A DNA stretch of 64,000 nucleotides from Dehalococcoidia bacterium (lineage in GTDB: Bacteria; Chloroflexota; Dehalococcoidia; Lucifugimonadales; UBA3495): the NCBI GenBank assembly GCA_965262485.1, contig OZ253540.1, positions 2,339,882 through 2,403,881 of the forward strand, written 5' to 3'. The notes beneath the pieces were generated by a model, which searched no databases, was not told where the DNA came from, and worked only from the letters and a program-made list of their open reading frames with translations. Numbering within the stretch: position 1 is the first letter of the stretch; every line of letters begins with the position of its first letter. A program made the translations under genes and the position numbers. Below are positions 1-10,122 of this stretch, one piece after another.

Positions 1-254
1 GGAGTGGGCGATAGCCGTGAGTTGATGCCCTGCTTCGTCGCAAGGCATCTTCCCACTGAACATGACCACATGGGTCTTGGGCTTGTTCGTCACATCTCCC
101 GCGAGGGTCAACTCCGACACGAGAGTCCCGTTCTCTACCTGGCGCTCACCGGTGACATACGGTACGTCGTCGACCACCAGATGGTTGGACACGATCCGCA
201 CCGAGTACCCGGCCTCTCTGAGGCGCCTGAGGTCGGGGCTACGACTTATCAGTT
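1..254 (-). CDS. E2-like N-terminal part of a multiubiquitin-associated E2/E1 (ThiF-family) protein. 5' portion only, runs off the window start.
   Basis: Own minus-strand translation from ATG at 252-254: MSQQLISRSPDLRRLREAGYSVRIVSNHLVVDDVPYVTGERQVENGTLVSELTLAGDVTNKPKTHVV... The start overlaps the stop of the multiubiquitin ORF. No stop before the window edge. The family call is from memory of such operons. Confidence 0.5.
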
Positions 255-496
255 GCTGTGACATTGAACACCGTCCCATCCTGGATCTTCACGCGCCCAC
301 CCTGCACCAGTGTTCCCTCAGGCGGTCGTCCGCCGCCGTTCCAAAAGGTCACGGCGAACATGATGTTGGGTCCGGTGGGTACTGGATTGAACACGAGGCC
401 CACCACTTCGTCAAAGGTGAGCTCATCGGACGGGACGGCTTTAGGCCGACCGTTCACCACTATGTCGGGTTCCGTTTGAAATTGCGTGGTGGGCAC
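239..496 (-). CDS. Multiubiquitin (beta-grasp) domain protein
   Basis: 85-aa ORF ...IVVNGRPKAVPSDELTFDEVVGLVF..TGPNIMFAVTFWNGGGRPPEGTLVQGGRVKIQDGTVFNVTATDKS, typical of this family. The first ~10 codons lie inside the IS left end at 468. Confidence 0.7.
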   Translation of the reverse strand: MPTTQFQTEPDIVVNGRPKAVPSDELTFDEVVGLVFNPVPTGPNIMFAVTFWNGGGRPPEGTLVQGGRVKIQDGTVFNVTATDKS

Positions 497-517
497 CTAT
501 GGTAACATAGTGGCAGA

Positions 518-1783
518 ATGGCAAAGTTCACCGAAACCCGAACCCGCGAGGTCAACTGTCCGTACTGCGGCCACGCCAAAGTGTCCAAGTGGGGCAAGAA
601 TGCCAACGGTAAGCAGACCTACCGATGTAAGTCGTGCGGCAAGCGGTTTCTGCATACGGGTCAAGTCGCGGGACGCCATGCCACCGCCGAGCAAATCGGC
701 ATGGCGATCAGGATGTACTACGGAGGCACCAGTTACAAAGCCACCGCCGAGACGATGGCCGACGGCCACGATATTGCCGAGCCGTCAAAAGAAACTCTGT
801 ACCGTTGGGTCAAGGAATACACGGACGCGGCCCAAGACATCCTCGCCGACCATCCGGCGCACACGTCCGGCAAATGGGTGGCGGATGAGGTGCAAGTCAA
901 AGTCGGCGGCAAACAGTATTGGTTGTGGAATGTGATGGACTCAGGTACGCGCTACGCGCTGGCCGTGCATCTGTCTCCAAACCGGGATACCAGGGCGGCG
1001 GTTGCCGTGATGCGGAAGTCGATGGCGGCGGCGGATGCGCCGCCCAAGAGCATAACCACCGACAAATTGGGCAGTTACGTTCCCGCCATCAAACAGGTGT
1101 TCCCAGACGCAGAGCATATCAAGTCCGAGGGCATCCGTGCGCGGGTGAACAACAATCTGTCCGAACGGTTGCAGGGGACGATACGTGCCCGTGAAAAGAC
1201 GTTGCGAGCATTGGACAGTCTGGAAACCGGCCAGCAGTATTTCGACGGATGGGCGATCAACTACAATTTGATGCGCGACCACGAGGGCATAAAGGGTCAG
1301 AGGCCGGCGGAGATGGCCGGCGTCAGTGCGCCGTTCACCGAGTGGGCAGACGTGGTGCGGATCGCGGCGACAGACACCGAGCGCAAGCGGGAGGCCCAAC
1401 CCGCCCCTACGCTGGCAGTCGAAGCAGATCACGCGGAACGCTCCAAGCCGGGTAACCCGCGCATCGTGCCGGACTCGACGCAACGTCGGCGACCGACGGG
1501 CGAAACCGACTCCGACGACGATGAGGACTGGCCCCGAACAGAATCCGACACTGTTCAAATGAGTCGTGTGCAACGGCAACTGCAAAAGACAGTCAGGGAC
1601 GCGAACCCGCCGCCCAAGAAAGCAGAGTCAATACTCGATAGCATCAAACTACCCAAGCGTCGGCAGTCGCCATACGGCGGCAAGGCGGCGATTGTTCAAC
1701 CAACGGCCAAGATACGAAAACGCAAGGGCGACGATGGTAAAGACGCAACGGCCAGCAAGCCCGTGCTGGTGTTGGGGCGGTGA
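518..1783 (+). CDS. IS6-family DDE transposase with N-terminal CxxC..CxxC zinc finger and a long charged C-terminal tail
   Basis: 421 aa. CPYCGH...YRCKSCGKRF; KWVADEVQVKVGG..WLWNVMD (DE[TV] motif); ITTDKLGSY; NNNLSERLQGTIR. This matches the IS26-type D..D..E spacing. Confidence 0.85.
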   Translation: MAKFTETRTREVNCPYCGHAKVSKWGKNANGKQTYRCKSCGKRFLHTGQVAGRHATAEQIGMAIRMYYGGTSYKATAETMADGHDIAEPSKETLYRWVKEYTDAAQDILADHPAHTSGKWVADEVQVKVGGKQYWLWNVMDSGTRYALAVHLSPNRDTRAAVAVMRKSMAAADAPPKSITTDKLGSYVPAIKQVFPDAEHIKSEGIRARVNNNLSERLQGTIRAREKTLRALDSLETGQQYFDGWAINYNLMRDHEGIKGQRPAEMAGVSAPFTEWADVVRIAATDTERKREAQPAPTLAVEADHAERSKPGNPRIVPDSTQRRRPTGETDSDDDEDWPRTESDTVQMSRVQRQLQKTVRDANPPPKKAESILDSIKLPKRRQSPYGGKAAIVQPTAKIRKRKGDDGKDATASKPVLVLGR

Positions 1784-1786
1784 ACG

Positions 1787-1984
1787 ATGGGATCCGTTTG
1801 CGTTGACCCGATTCTGTATATACTTGGTGGCATCGCCATTATTCTCATGGCAACGGTAACGCTACTGATTTTCAGACAATACCTGAAATCAGGAATAGGT
1901 AAAGCCCCATTAAAATCAGGACAATGCCCAATAATCCGCCCAGAAACGCAATTGCCTCACGAAGAGTCCAACGAATCGGATTGA
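1787..1984 (+). CDS. Small single-pass membrane peptide just after the transposase stop. The real product is probably shorter than the ORF.
   Basis: MGSVCVDPILYILGGIAIILMATVTLLIFRQYLK... An equivalent ORF occupies the same position in all three IS copies. Confidence 0.3.
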   Translation: MGSVCVDPILYILGGIAIILMATVTLLIFRQYLKSGIGKAPLKSGQCPIIRPETQLPHEESNESD

Positions 1985-2072
1985 TGGACGGGATGTAATC
2001 GACGGCATACCAAACGCATCCCATACCAACAGTGGCGAAACATATCCCCACAATCACCAGAATTGCTGCCAT
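1872..2072 (-). CDS. Small two-TM membrane protein at the IS right end, convergent with the transposase
   Basis: MAAILVIVGICFATVGMGCVWYAVDYIPSINPIRW..LGGLLGIVLILMGLYLFLISGIV, preceded by GGAGAG. Homologous ORFs at 39285-39494 and 52508-52714. Confidence 0.4.
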   Translation of the reverse strand: MAAILVIVGICFATVGMGCVWYAVDYIPSINPIRWTLREAIAFLGGLLGIVLILMGLYLFLISGIV

Positions 2073-2392
2073 TCCGTTTCTCTCCACTCCCGTCGGGTCT
2101 GTCGCCAAACAATCGCCCGGCGGGAGTTTCATTATAAAGAACCCCTGATCTGGGTCGGTAACGACTCACATCAGGGGTTGCATAGGATATCTGACGGCTG
2201 TAAAATCAGTTGTGAAACGTGTGGCCCTGTTCAACCCCTAGTTCGGGCCGGGTAGTATGGCAAACGCCTTTGCGAAGTGGTAGATCGCATGGGCGTTTAT
2301 GGGTTTAAGGGAGTTACGTCATATTTATCCTCCTTCCGTGATTGGGTGTGCCGCCAGTATATCAGCCGGGAATGGAAGTAACAGAAATTACT

Positions 2393-3049
2393 TCAACAAA
2401 ACTGCTGAGTAACGAATACGGCATTCGGCGTGTTCCAGTAAGAACCAAAATCGATACCTATCCCCGTAAGCCTGTAACGTTGGTCGAGAAGATTACGGCG
2501 ATGTCCTGGACTCCTGATCCAATCGTCCACGAACCGGACAGCCAAGTCGTCCTGCTCCATCCATGTGAACTCTGTCCGACCCCAGCCCAAATCTGTACGG
2601 GCAGTGTGACCGAAAAGGACGTGAATGTTCTCCCCCACACCGATACTGCGTGAGTTTCGGCAATAGTACCCTGCGTTCCGTGCGCGACCAGTCGGCGTGT
2701 TACCCTAACTGTCTATGTGCTCGGAGTATGAGTGTGTCGCCATATCTACGCTGTGCATTTTGGACAGTATTGCCAAATCGTCATCCCATTGCAGGCCGCG
2801 TAATCCCTGGGACATGCGGTACTCATTGACGAGGTGGTATATGGTTTGCTCCAACTCGGACCGGTTGAATCTATCCTCTGCGCTAACATCTTCGCCGATC
2901 AAATGAGAAGGTGCTAACTCCGCAATGTTGCGACCAACATCTTGCGCGTCGCCGACGAAACGTGAGGTGCCGTCTGGCCCGTAGTTAATTACCACTACCA
3001 CGACACCCCCAATCAACATACCCAATAACAGAATGAAAATGAAGCGCAT
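2393..3049 (-). pseudogene. CAP/SCP/PR-1-like secreted protein with one in-frame TAG (2705-2707)
   Basis: ORFs 2705-3049 and 2393-2638 are in the same frame. The 22 codons between them are open (GNTPTGRARNAGYYCRNSRSIG) and continue the CAP pattern ..HSYSEHIDS*GNTP...GENIH..RSPGHRRNLL. N-terminal TM helix. Confidence 0.7.
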
Positions 3050-3361
3050 GTTGCGATGCCACTCTCTCGCTACGACGCGATTCCCAGAGGCACGATGCCT
3101 CTATCCGGTGAAACCTTACGATGCCAAAAAAGTGCGAGGAAAACCCGCGACTATGCCGCCCGCTATGCTATCCTAAGTTACCACGCAATTTCAAACGGAA
3201 CCCTATGTCGAACTGCTTGTCGTCTCCCGGCCTCTCGACCTGGTCCCGTTGTACATTTTCGGTAGCCATCGGCTTCTCCGCGTGGTTCTGATTTGCCAGC
3301 CTTTGCTAGGCCGGTCAACCACGACAGATTCAATAGTACAACGGCGACATAAAGGCGTCAA

Positions 3362-4504
3362 CTACATTGTTCCCATTTCGATAGCGAATAGATGGTTCAC
3401 CTCGCCCGTACCCACGAACTGGGAGAGCCTGCGGTATTCGCCTTGGACGTGCCGTGCTCTGCCGGCGACGATTGCGGGGTGGATGCCCAACTGTTGGGCC
3501 AGACCTATGACCGCCATGGGGGAAAGGCGTTCGGTCAACCCGCTAGCCTCCCACGCCACCGGCGGTATCAGGGCACCTTGAGCCAGTTGGTCAGCCTCTT
3601 TCTCCGTTTCGTCGGTGCCGTCTAGCCTCAAGTCATCTATGAAGGCAGGGCTGTTGTCCAGGTGGAAAGTGGCGTGGGCCAGTTCATGCATCAGGACCCA
3701 CCAGAAATTGTCGATGCGGTCGTAGCGCAAGGTGAGCCCGATTACGGGGCGCCCGTCCTTGGATTTCATGGCTGCACCGTCCAAGTGGGTCCTTGGCAGG
3801 TGGGGGATGATTTCAACGGCGATCCCTCGGTCACGCAGAAATTGCACAGCTTGTAGCGGCCCATCCGCTGGAGGGCTGAGTTCGGCTACTTCGCGCATCA
3901 TTTGATGGGGGTTTTCCGGTGGCAGATAGGGTCCGTCCCAATCGCGTTCGTTGGCCTGTGCCAGGATCTGCCAACACCAAGCGTTGAGAGCGTAGGGATC
4001 GGTTTTGGCGTTCGACCGGTTCTGGTCGTTCTTCCGGTACAGGGCATTTACGTGTTGCGATCCTCCGGCTCTTTGCATGAGGTCCCTAACGAGTTCCTCA
4101 GCGTTTTCTCGCAGTTTTCCAGATGACTCAATCCAACCCAGTTTGGCCATTTGCCTCAAGGGAAAGCGACGCCAGTCCATTTCGTCAGTTTGGTCGGTAA
4201 TTCGAACAACCGGGTACTGCAACAGGATCTCTGCCGGAATCTCGAGGTGCCTGTGTAAGGCCCTTGCCATGGGCATCGTGATCGCCCGCGTACCCGACAG
4301 GACTTCCGAAACTTTCGACCGGCTTCCGATCATCGGCACCAAATCCCTTTGCGTGAGACCCTTTTGATCCATGTAGAATTTGATGGCCTCTACAGGATCC
4401 TCAAACCCGGGGATGTCGTCTGGTCGGTGCCCAGCAGTCTCTCCAGCTGATTGAGCGGCCAACACAACGCCGTCGATTTTCGTTGCAGGTTCGCTGTCAT
4501 CCAT
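3362..4504 (-). CDS. XRE/HigA-type HTH fused to an ImmA/IrrE-family zinc metallopeptidase
   Basis: 380 aa. HTH GLTQRDLVPMIGSRSKVSEVLSG; HEXXH as MHELAHATFH followed by EKEADQLA. Confidence 0.8.
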   Translation of the reverse strand: MDDSEPATKIDGVVLAAQSAGETAGHRPDDIPGFEDPVEAIKFYMDQKGLTQRDLVPMIGSRSKVSEVLSGTRAITMPMARALHRHLEIPAEILLQYPVVRITDQTDEMDWRRFPLRQMAKLGWIESSGKLRENAEELVRDLMQRAGGSQHVNALYRKNDQNRSNAKTDPYALNAWCWQILAQANERDWDGPYLPPENPHQMMREVAELSPPADGPLQAVQFLRDRGIAVEIIPHLPRTHLDGAAMKSKDGRPVIGLTLRYDRIDNFWWVLMHELAHATFHLDNSPAFIDDLRLDGTDETEKEADQLAQGALIPPVAWEASGLTERLSPMAVIGLAQQLGIHPAIVAGRARHVQGEYRRLSQFVGTGEVNHLFAIEMGTM

Positions 4505-4715
4505 GTCGTCCTCCGGTTGGACTTACCAATTTTTGCGCGGGTTACGCCGTATATTGTTCCCATTTGTACACGATTGTACCACTCATCTTGAATGGACGCA
4601 TTCTGTTCTCACGGCTGAGTAATCTGAGCGAACAACAAGCGAAACGACAGTGTATATTGCAGCATGGCGTTCAACTATTGCGATGCGGGCTGTTGCTCAA
4701 TCTCAGGATAAAACC

Positions 4716-5426
4716 CTACCTCTCGCAGACCACCCCGTCGCCGTCGCCGTCTCTCGCGCTGGGTACCATCCATTTCGGGAATCCTTTGCCGCCGCCTTTG
4801 CTGCCCTGCACACGGGTTTCTCCAGCCGCCTGTGCGGCTTCGCAGGAACTGTACCTGGCGGCGGTTGCCGTCGGAGTTAGCCTGGTCGGTGCTGTGGTAG
4901 TGGCGGGCATCGGACCCGCTTGGCTGGGCTCTCCTGCCAGTAACGTGGGGCGGTTGACGCAGGTGTTGAGCATGTCGGCAAGGGCGTCGTGTTCCTGCTC
5001 GGTGACCGTCAGATCCCACGTGCTCTTGATCGTGATCCAGTCGATGGCGTACTGGCACCAGTAGCATCGGTCTTCTGGTTTCTACTCTCCCGGTCCTCGT
5101 GCGCCCTTCGAGCGGTTGGCGCTGGCCGTGACGGCGATCAGGTGCTGAGAGTCGTCCAGGTAATTGGCGTACTGCTCCTTTCGATTGGCTGACCATTGCC
5201 AAGCCCCGCTGCCGTGCGCGTTCCCCAGCGGCACCATGTGGTCAACGTCGAGTTTGCCTGGGTCAGTTACGACGGTGTTGCTGTACGGGGCCAGCCATTC
5301 GCCGGCAGCGACACGACATTTCCTGTCGGTCCGAAAGTCAACCGCGGTCCGGCTTTCGGCAATCAGAACCTCGTTACGGGCATCTTGGCAATCTCCGTTG
5401 GCGTCGGTCCAGTGTTTCCAAATGGA
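4716..5426 (-). pseudogene. DUF1524/HNH-type nuclease with C-terminal Excalibur Ca-binding domain. N-terminus missing; in-frame TAG at 5082-5084.
   Basis: Own translation: WKHWTDANGDCQDARNEVL...LDVDHMVPLGNAHGSGAW...SANRSKGARGPGE*KPEDRCYWCQYAIDW...DGDGDGVVCER. The TAG sits where homologues, as I recall, have Trp. Confidence 0.65.
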
Positions 5427-5429
5427 CTA

Positions 5430-5880
5430 GGGCTGTTCCAGGCAGTTGATGCGGTGGTCGGTCTTGAAACACAGGATGGGAAGACCCTTGAGGTAGATCT
5501 CGGCTATGCCTGATTTCCTGAACTTGACGTGCTTATTTGCTGGCTCGGAAATTTCCAGTGTCCTAATTTGGTAGGGGGACTTGGTTCTGGGGAATCCAGC
5601 ATTCGGTACGGTGTAGGCTCGGTGGTAAGCGTCGTTGACCCGTTTGACAACTGAGGCGGCCAGCCGCTTGGAGATGTTCGCGAAGTCTGGGTCGTGCTTA
5701 CGCAGGTCGGTGATGCCTGCGTTCTGGACACGCAGTATTTACTTGGTGGGAACACCGGCTATGGCCAGCATTCGGCGGTGTCGGGTGGCCGCGTTCTGGA
5801 GTTCGCCCAGCAGTCGTTCTACTTCCCGGTATCCCAGCTTGCTGGTACGCACTGGGTACTGTAGTAGAGGAATGGGGTGT
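5430..5880 (-). pseudogene. TnpB (IS605 OrfB-type) N-terminal fragment with in-frame TAA (5739-5741)
   Basis: Own translation: ..LGYREVERLLGELQNAATRHRRMLAIAGVPTK*ILRVQNAGITDLRK..VKRVNDAYHRAYTVPNAGFPRTKSPYQIRTLEIS..GIAEIYLKGLPILCFKTDHR. It ends at the TAG 5427-5429 and is in frame with the nuclease fragment. Confidence 0.4.
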
Positions 5881-6254
5881 AGGTCCGGTTGCTGGCTTCA
5901 TCGTTTGACCTTTATCATCGGGTGAGTTTCGCAATTTTCTCAGGTGCTGCCCGTGTGTTGTGCGACTGCCCTAGATTGTCTTATTATATCGCACCACAGA
6001 TTGGAGGTGCGACATGCGAGGCGATTTCCCTACTGCGCTTCTCGGGTGTTCGCGACAGATTCCGGGCATTGATATGCAGCAATTCGTAATCCACCGAGTG
6101 GCTCAATTGAGACGCGATTGCCCTGCACCGTGAACTGAAAGATCAGAATATTGAACGCTGGGCGTGATGGACCGCCCGCAGCCGGGCGGGGGCCGAACCC
6201 CGCAGTATGACCAGAGCAGCGTGATAACGACGCGGAAAGTACGCGTATCGACAC

Positions 6255-9200
6255 ATGGGAGCGGACATGAATCACGGGAAGGATCATCAGATGAAGCAGC
6301 AGACGCAGATGCGAGGATTGAAGAGAGGATTGAAAACGCGCTGGCCGGCCGGATTGGCGCTACTGGGAATTGCACTGACAGTCATTGCCTTGGCGACGCT
6401 GCTCCCTGGCGGTTCCGTCCTGGCGCAAGGCTCCGTTGACTATGACATTGACGACGACGGCCTCATTGAGGTGTCCAACCTGTGGCAGTTCAACGCCATC
6501 CGCGACGACCTGGACGGCGGCGGCTGGACCGGCGGCACTTTTGCCAGCTACACCGCAGCCTTCCGCAACACCGTATCGGGCATGGCTGTCCCGACACCGG
6601 CTGCAAGGGCTACGAGCTGGTGGCCGACCTGGACTTCGACACCAACGGCAACGGCCAGCCCGATGCCGGCGATCTCTTCTGGAACGACGGCGCCGGCTGG
6701 GACCCAATTGGCGATAAAGACAACGGCTACATCGCCGAGTTCAACGGCAACGGCCACACCATCTCCAACCTGTACATCAACCGCAGCGGCGGCCATATTG
6801 CGCTGTTCGCCGAGATTACCGGCGCCGGCTTTATCCATCATGTCGGCCTGATCAACGTCAATATTACCGGCGGCACCGGCGGCAGTCGGACCGCGGCCCT
6901 GGTGGCCCATTTAAAACCAGTTCGGGAGCGGTGTCAGCCAGCTACGCCACCGGCCGGGTTGCCGGCGGCGGGAACATCGGCGGTCTGGTGGGTGACAGCA
7001 ACGGCTGGGTGGTGGCCTCCTGGACCGACACGGTCGTGACCGGAGGCGACGACGTGGGCGGCGTGGTGGGCGAAAACAGTGGCGCCATACTGAGCGTCTA
7101 CGCGCTGGGCACGGTGAGCGGCACCAGTGATGCGCACGGCGTCGTGGGCTATACCGAGAACCAGCAAGACCTGGGAAACGTAGGCGTTTATTACAATTCT
7201 GACCGCCATCAGGTGGACCACTTTCCCTACTCCAGGTCATTGTTGGCGCTGAAAGATCCCGCCGGATACAGCGGCATTTACGCCAAATGGAACGTGGACA
7301 CAGACCGCCTTCCGGCCGGGGTCTATTCCCTGGACGACCCTTGGGATTTCGGCACGTCGAACGATCTGCCGGCGCTGAAGGCGGACCGCAACGGCGACGG
7401 CATCGCCACCTGGCGGGAGTTCGGCGGGCAGCGGCGCGGCGGCCGTGACCACGACCGCAACGACAACAACCTCATCGAGGTGTCCAACCTGGCCCAGCTC
7501 AACGCCATCCGCTACGACCCCGCCGGCGTCGGCACACCTTCAAACGCGGCCAGCCGGGCCTTCCGCAGCCCCGCCTACAACATGGGCTGCGCCACGAAGT
7601 GCCAGGGCTATGAGCTGACCACCGACCTGGACTTTGACACCAAGGGCAGGGCAGGCGTCGGCCCCGCCGACGCCTACTGGAACGGCGGGGCCGGGTGGGA
7701 TCCCATCGGAAACGCCGACGGAGCGTACACCGGGGAGTTCCACGGCAACGGCCGCAGCATCTCCAACCTGTACATCGACCGGGAGCAGAAAGGCGTGGGA
7801 CTGTTCGGCAAGATCGGCGGCTCCGCTTACGTACACCACGTAGGGCTGCCCAACGCCAACGTGACCAACACCATCCATGACGTTGGCGCGCTGGTGGGCT
7901 TCATGCAAGGCAACCAGACCCGGGTATCAGCCAACTTCGCCACCGGCACGGTGACCGGCGGCGGCCAGACCGGCGGCCTGGTGGGCAGCAACCAGGGCTA
8001 CGTGAGGGCTAACTGGGCCGAGGTAAGCGTACACGGAACCAAGCACGTCGGCGGCCTGGTGGGCCACAACGGCGGCGAAGTCAGCGCGTCCTATGCACTA
8101 GGCGCGGTATTCGGCGATTCAAGGGTTCACGGCGTGGTGGGCTTGACCGACGGCGGCGTCCTGAACGACGTCTATTTCCGTTCCGACATCAACCCGGATA
8201 TTGACGACATATACGCCAAGACCAAGGCAGAGCTAGCGACGCCCACGGACTACACCGGCATCTACGCCAACTGGGACGTGGACCTGGACGGGGACGCCGA
8301 GGAGGACGCCCCCTGGGATTTCTGGACCAAAAGACGCTACCCCAGGCTGAAGGCGGACCGCAACGGCGACGGCGTGTTCACACGCGCCGAGTTCCGCGGG
8401 CAGAACCCAGGGGACATCATCGGTGATCTGCGGGACTATGACACCGACAACGACAACCTGATTGAAGTGACCAACCTGGGCCAGTTGGATGCCATCCGCC
8501 ATGACCTGAACGGCGACGGAAGCTACGCTGCACTGGCGGCCAGGCAGTACGAGCAGGTTTACCCCAACCCCCTGGTGGGTATGGGCTGCCCGAACACCTG
8601 CCAGGGCTATGAGCTGACCGCCGACCTGGACTTTGACACCAAGGGCAGGGCAGGCGTCGGCCCCGCCGACCCCTACTGGAACGGCGGGGCCGGCTGGGAA
8701 CCCATCGGAAACGGCTCCGGCGCGTACACCGGGGAGTTCCACGGCAACGGCCGCAGCATCTCCAACCTGTACATCGACCGGGAGCAGATACGCGTGGGGC
8801 TGTTCGGCCAGATTGGCGGCTCCGCTTACATACACCACGTGGGGTTGCCCAACGTGGATATAACCACCACCGGCTACGACGTCGGCGCTCTGGTCGGCTT
8901 TATGCAAGGCAACCAGACCCGGGTGTCCGCCAGCTACGCCACCGGCTCGGTGGTCGGCGGCGGCCAGACCGGCGGGCTGGTGGGCAGCAACCAGGGCTAC
9001 GTGAAGGCGGCCTGGACCAACGTCACCGTGGAGGGAGCCAAGCACGTGGGCGGCGTGGTGGGAAGCAACGAAGGCTCCGTGCATAGCGTCTACGCGCTGG
9101 GCACCGTGACCGGCGACAACCTGGTCCACGGCGTGGTGGGCCATACCTACCACCAGACCGACCTCGCAACCGCCGGCGTCTATTACAATGCCGACCTCCA

Positions 9201-10116
9201 CCTGGTGAGTTCACCGCCCTACTCCAGGACCACCGCCGAACTACAGTCGCCCACGGACTACGCGGACATCTACGCGAATTGGAACGTGGACCTGGACGGC
9301 GACGGCACTTCAGACGACGCCTGGGACTTCGGCACGGCCGCCCAGTACCCCAAGCTGAAGGCAGACCGCAACAGCGATGGCGTGTCCACGGTCGGGGAGT
9401 TCCACGGGCAGCAGCGCAGACCATCACTGGTAAGCGCCGAGACCAGTACGGACGGCACCGAGGTGACCATCACGTTCACCGTGCCCGTGCAGGTTTCACC
9501 CCTCCTCCGGTGGTTCATCGAAGAGAACGGGCTCCCCGGAGCGTTCCTGTTCGTGCTGTCAGTCCTGAACGTCGAAGTTGACGGCACCTGGCCAATTCAG
9601 GACAGCGCCACCGTGTCAGGCAACAACACCGTAACGGTGAGGATGAGAGAAGCCATCACCAGCGGGCAGGACGTCGTGGTCCGCTACGACAACTTGTACG
9701 CTAGACAAGCAGCCGAAATCCTCATGGACCAAGACGGCAACCCAATGGCCAACTTCGGCCCTGCGGCAGTCACCAACCGGTCCACCGAGGACGACTTCGA
9801 CGGCCCCCACGGCATCACGATGAACGTCCGCGAGCTCACCATCACCGAGGGCGAGAGCGACAGCTACACCATCGCCCTGAGCGCCCAACCCTCAGGCGAC
9901 GTCACCGTCGGCCTGAGTGTAATCAAGCCGAACAGCGTGACGATCAGCACAGACTTCCTTTATTTCACGTCCGACAACTGGAACACGCCCCAGACCGTCA
10001 CCATCACATCCGCCGCCGACGAGAACGATTACGGCTACTGGGTCACGATTGTCCACAGCGCCAGTAGGTCCGGTTACACTGGCCAAGACTCGATCAAGAT
10101 ACTCATGGAGGAATAG
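6255..10116 (+). pseudogene. Large secreted GLUG-motif repeat protein. The first repeat is split over three frames by two 1-nt G-run deletions; 6931-10116 is one intact 1061-aa ORF.
   Basis: Signal peptide: ..LALLGIALTVIALATLLPGGSVLAQG. Each unit has LIEVSNL..IR.DL, GC..C.GYEL..DLDFDT, several GGLVG/GGVVG (GLUG) turns, and DPWDFGT..YP.LKADRNGDG. Shifts at ~6584 (atggctg vs atgggctg in the other units) and ~6905 (gtggcc vs gtgggcc). Confidence 0.7.
6439..9420 (+). repeat. Three tandem ~1.0-kb coding repeats (units start ~6439, ~7447, ~8434). Units 2 and 3 are near-identical over long stretches.
   Basis: Direct comparison, e.g. 7606-7930 against 8606-8930. Confidence 0.8.
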
Positions 10117-10122
10117 CCACCC

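Larger units (their letters stand above)
468..2130 (+). mobile_element. IS6-family-like element, copy 1 (~1.66 kb, three genes)
   Basis: The left end GGTTCCGTTT... is shared with copies at 37659 and 54108 (reverse complement). The right end motif ..TCGCCCGGCGGGAGTTTC is homologous to the other copies. A clean IRL/IRR match was not found, so the ends are approximate. Confidence 0.6.

Noticed and set aside
8233-9201. Long antisense ORFs inside real genes: 8233-9201, 12252-13220, 57159-58373, 37645-38853, 53091-54125, 40162-40989, 35018-35779, 55586-56578 and 4675-5202.
   Set aside because: They are Arg/Gly/Pro/Ala-rich, low-complexity translations on the strand opposite well-supported genes. 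These are typical shadow ORFs of GC-rich DNA.
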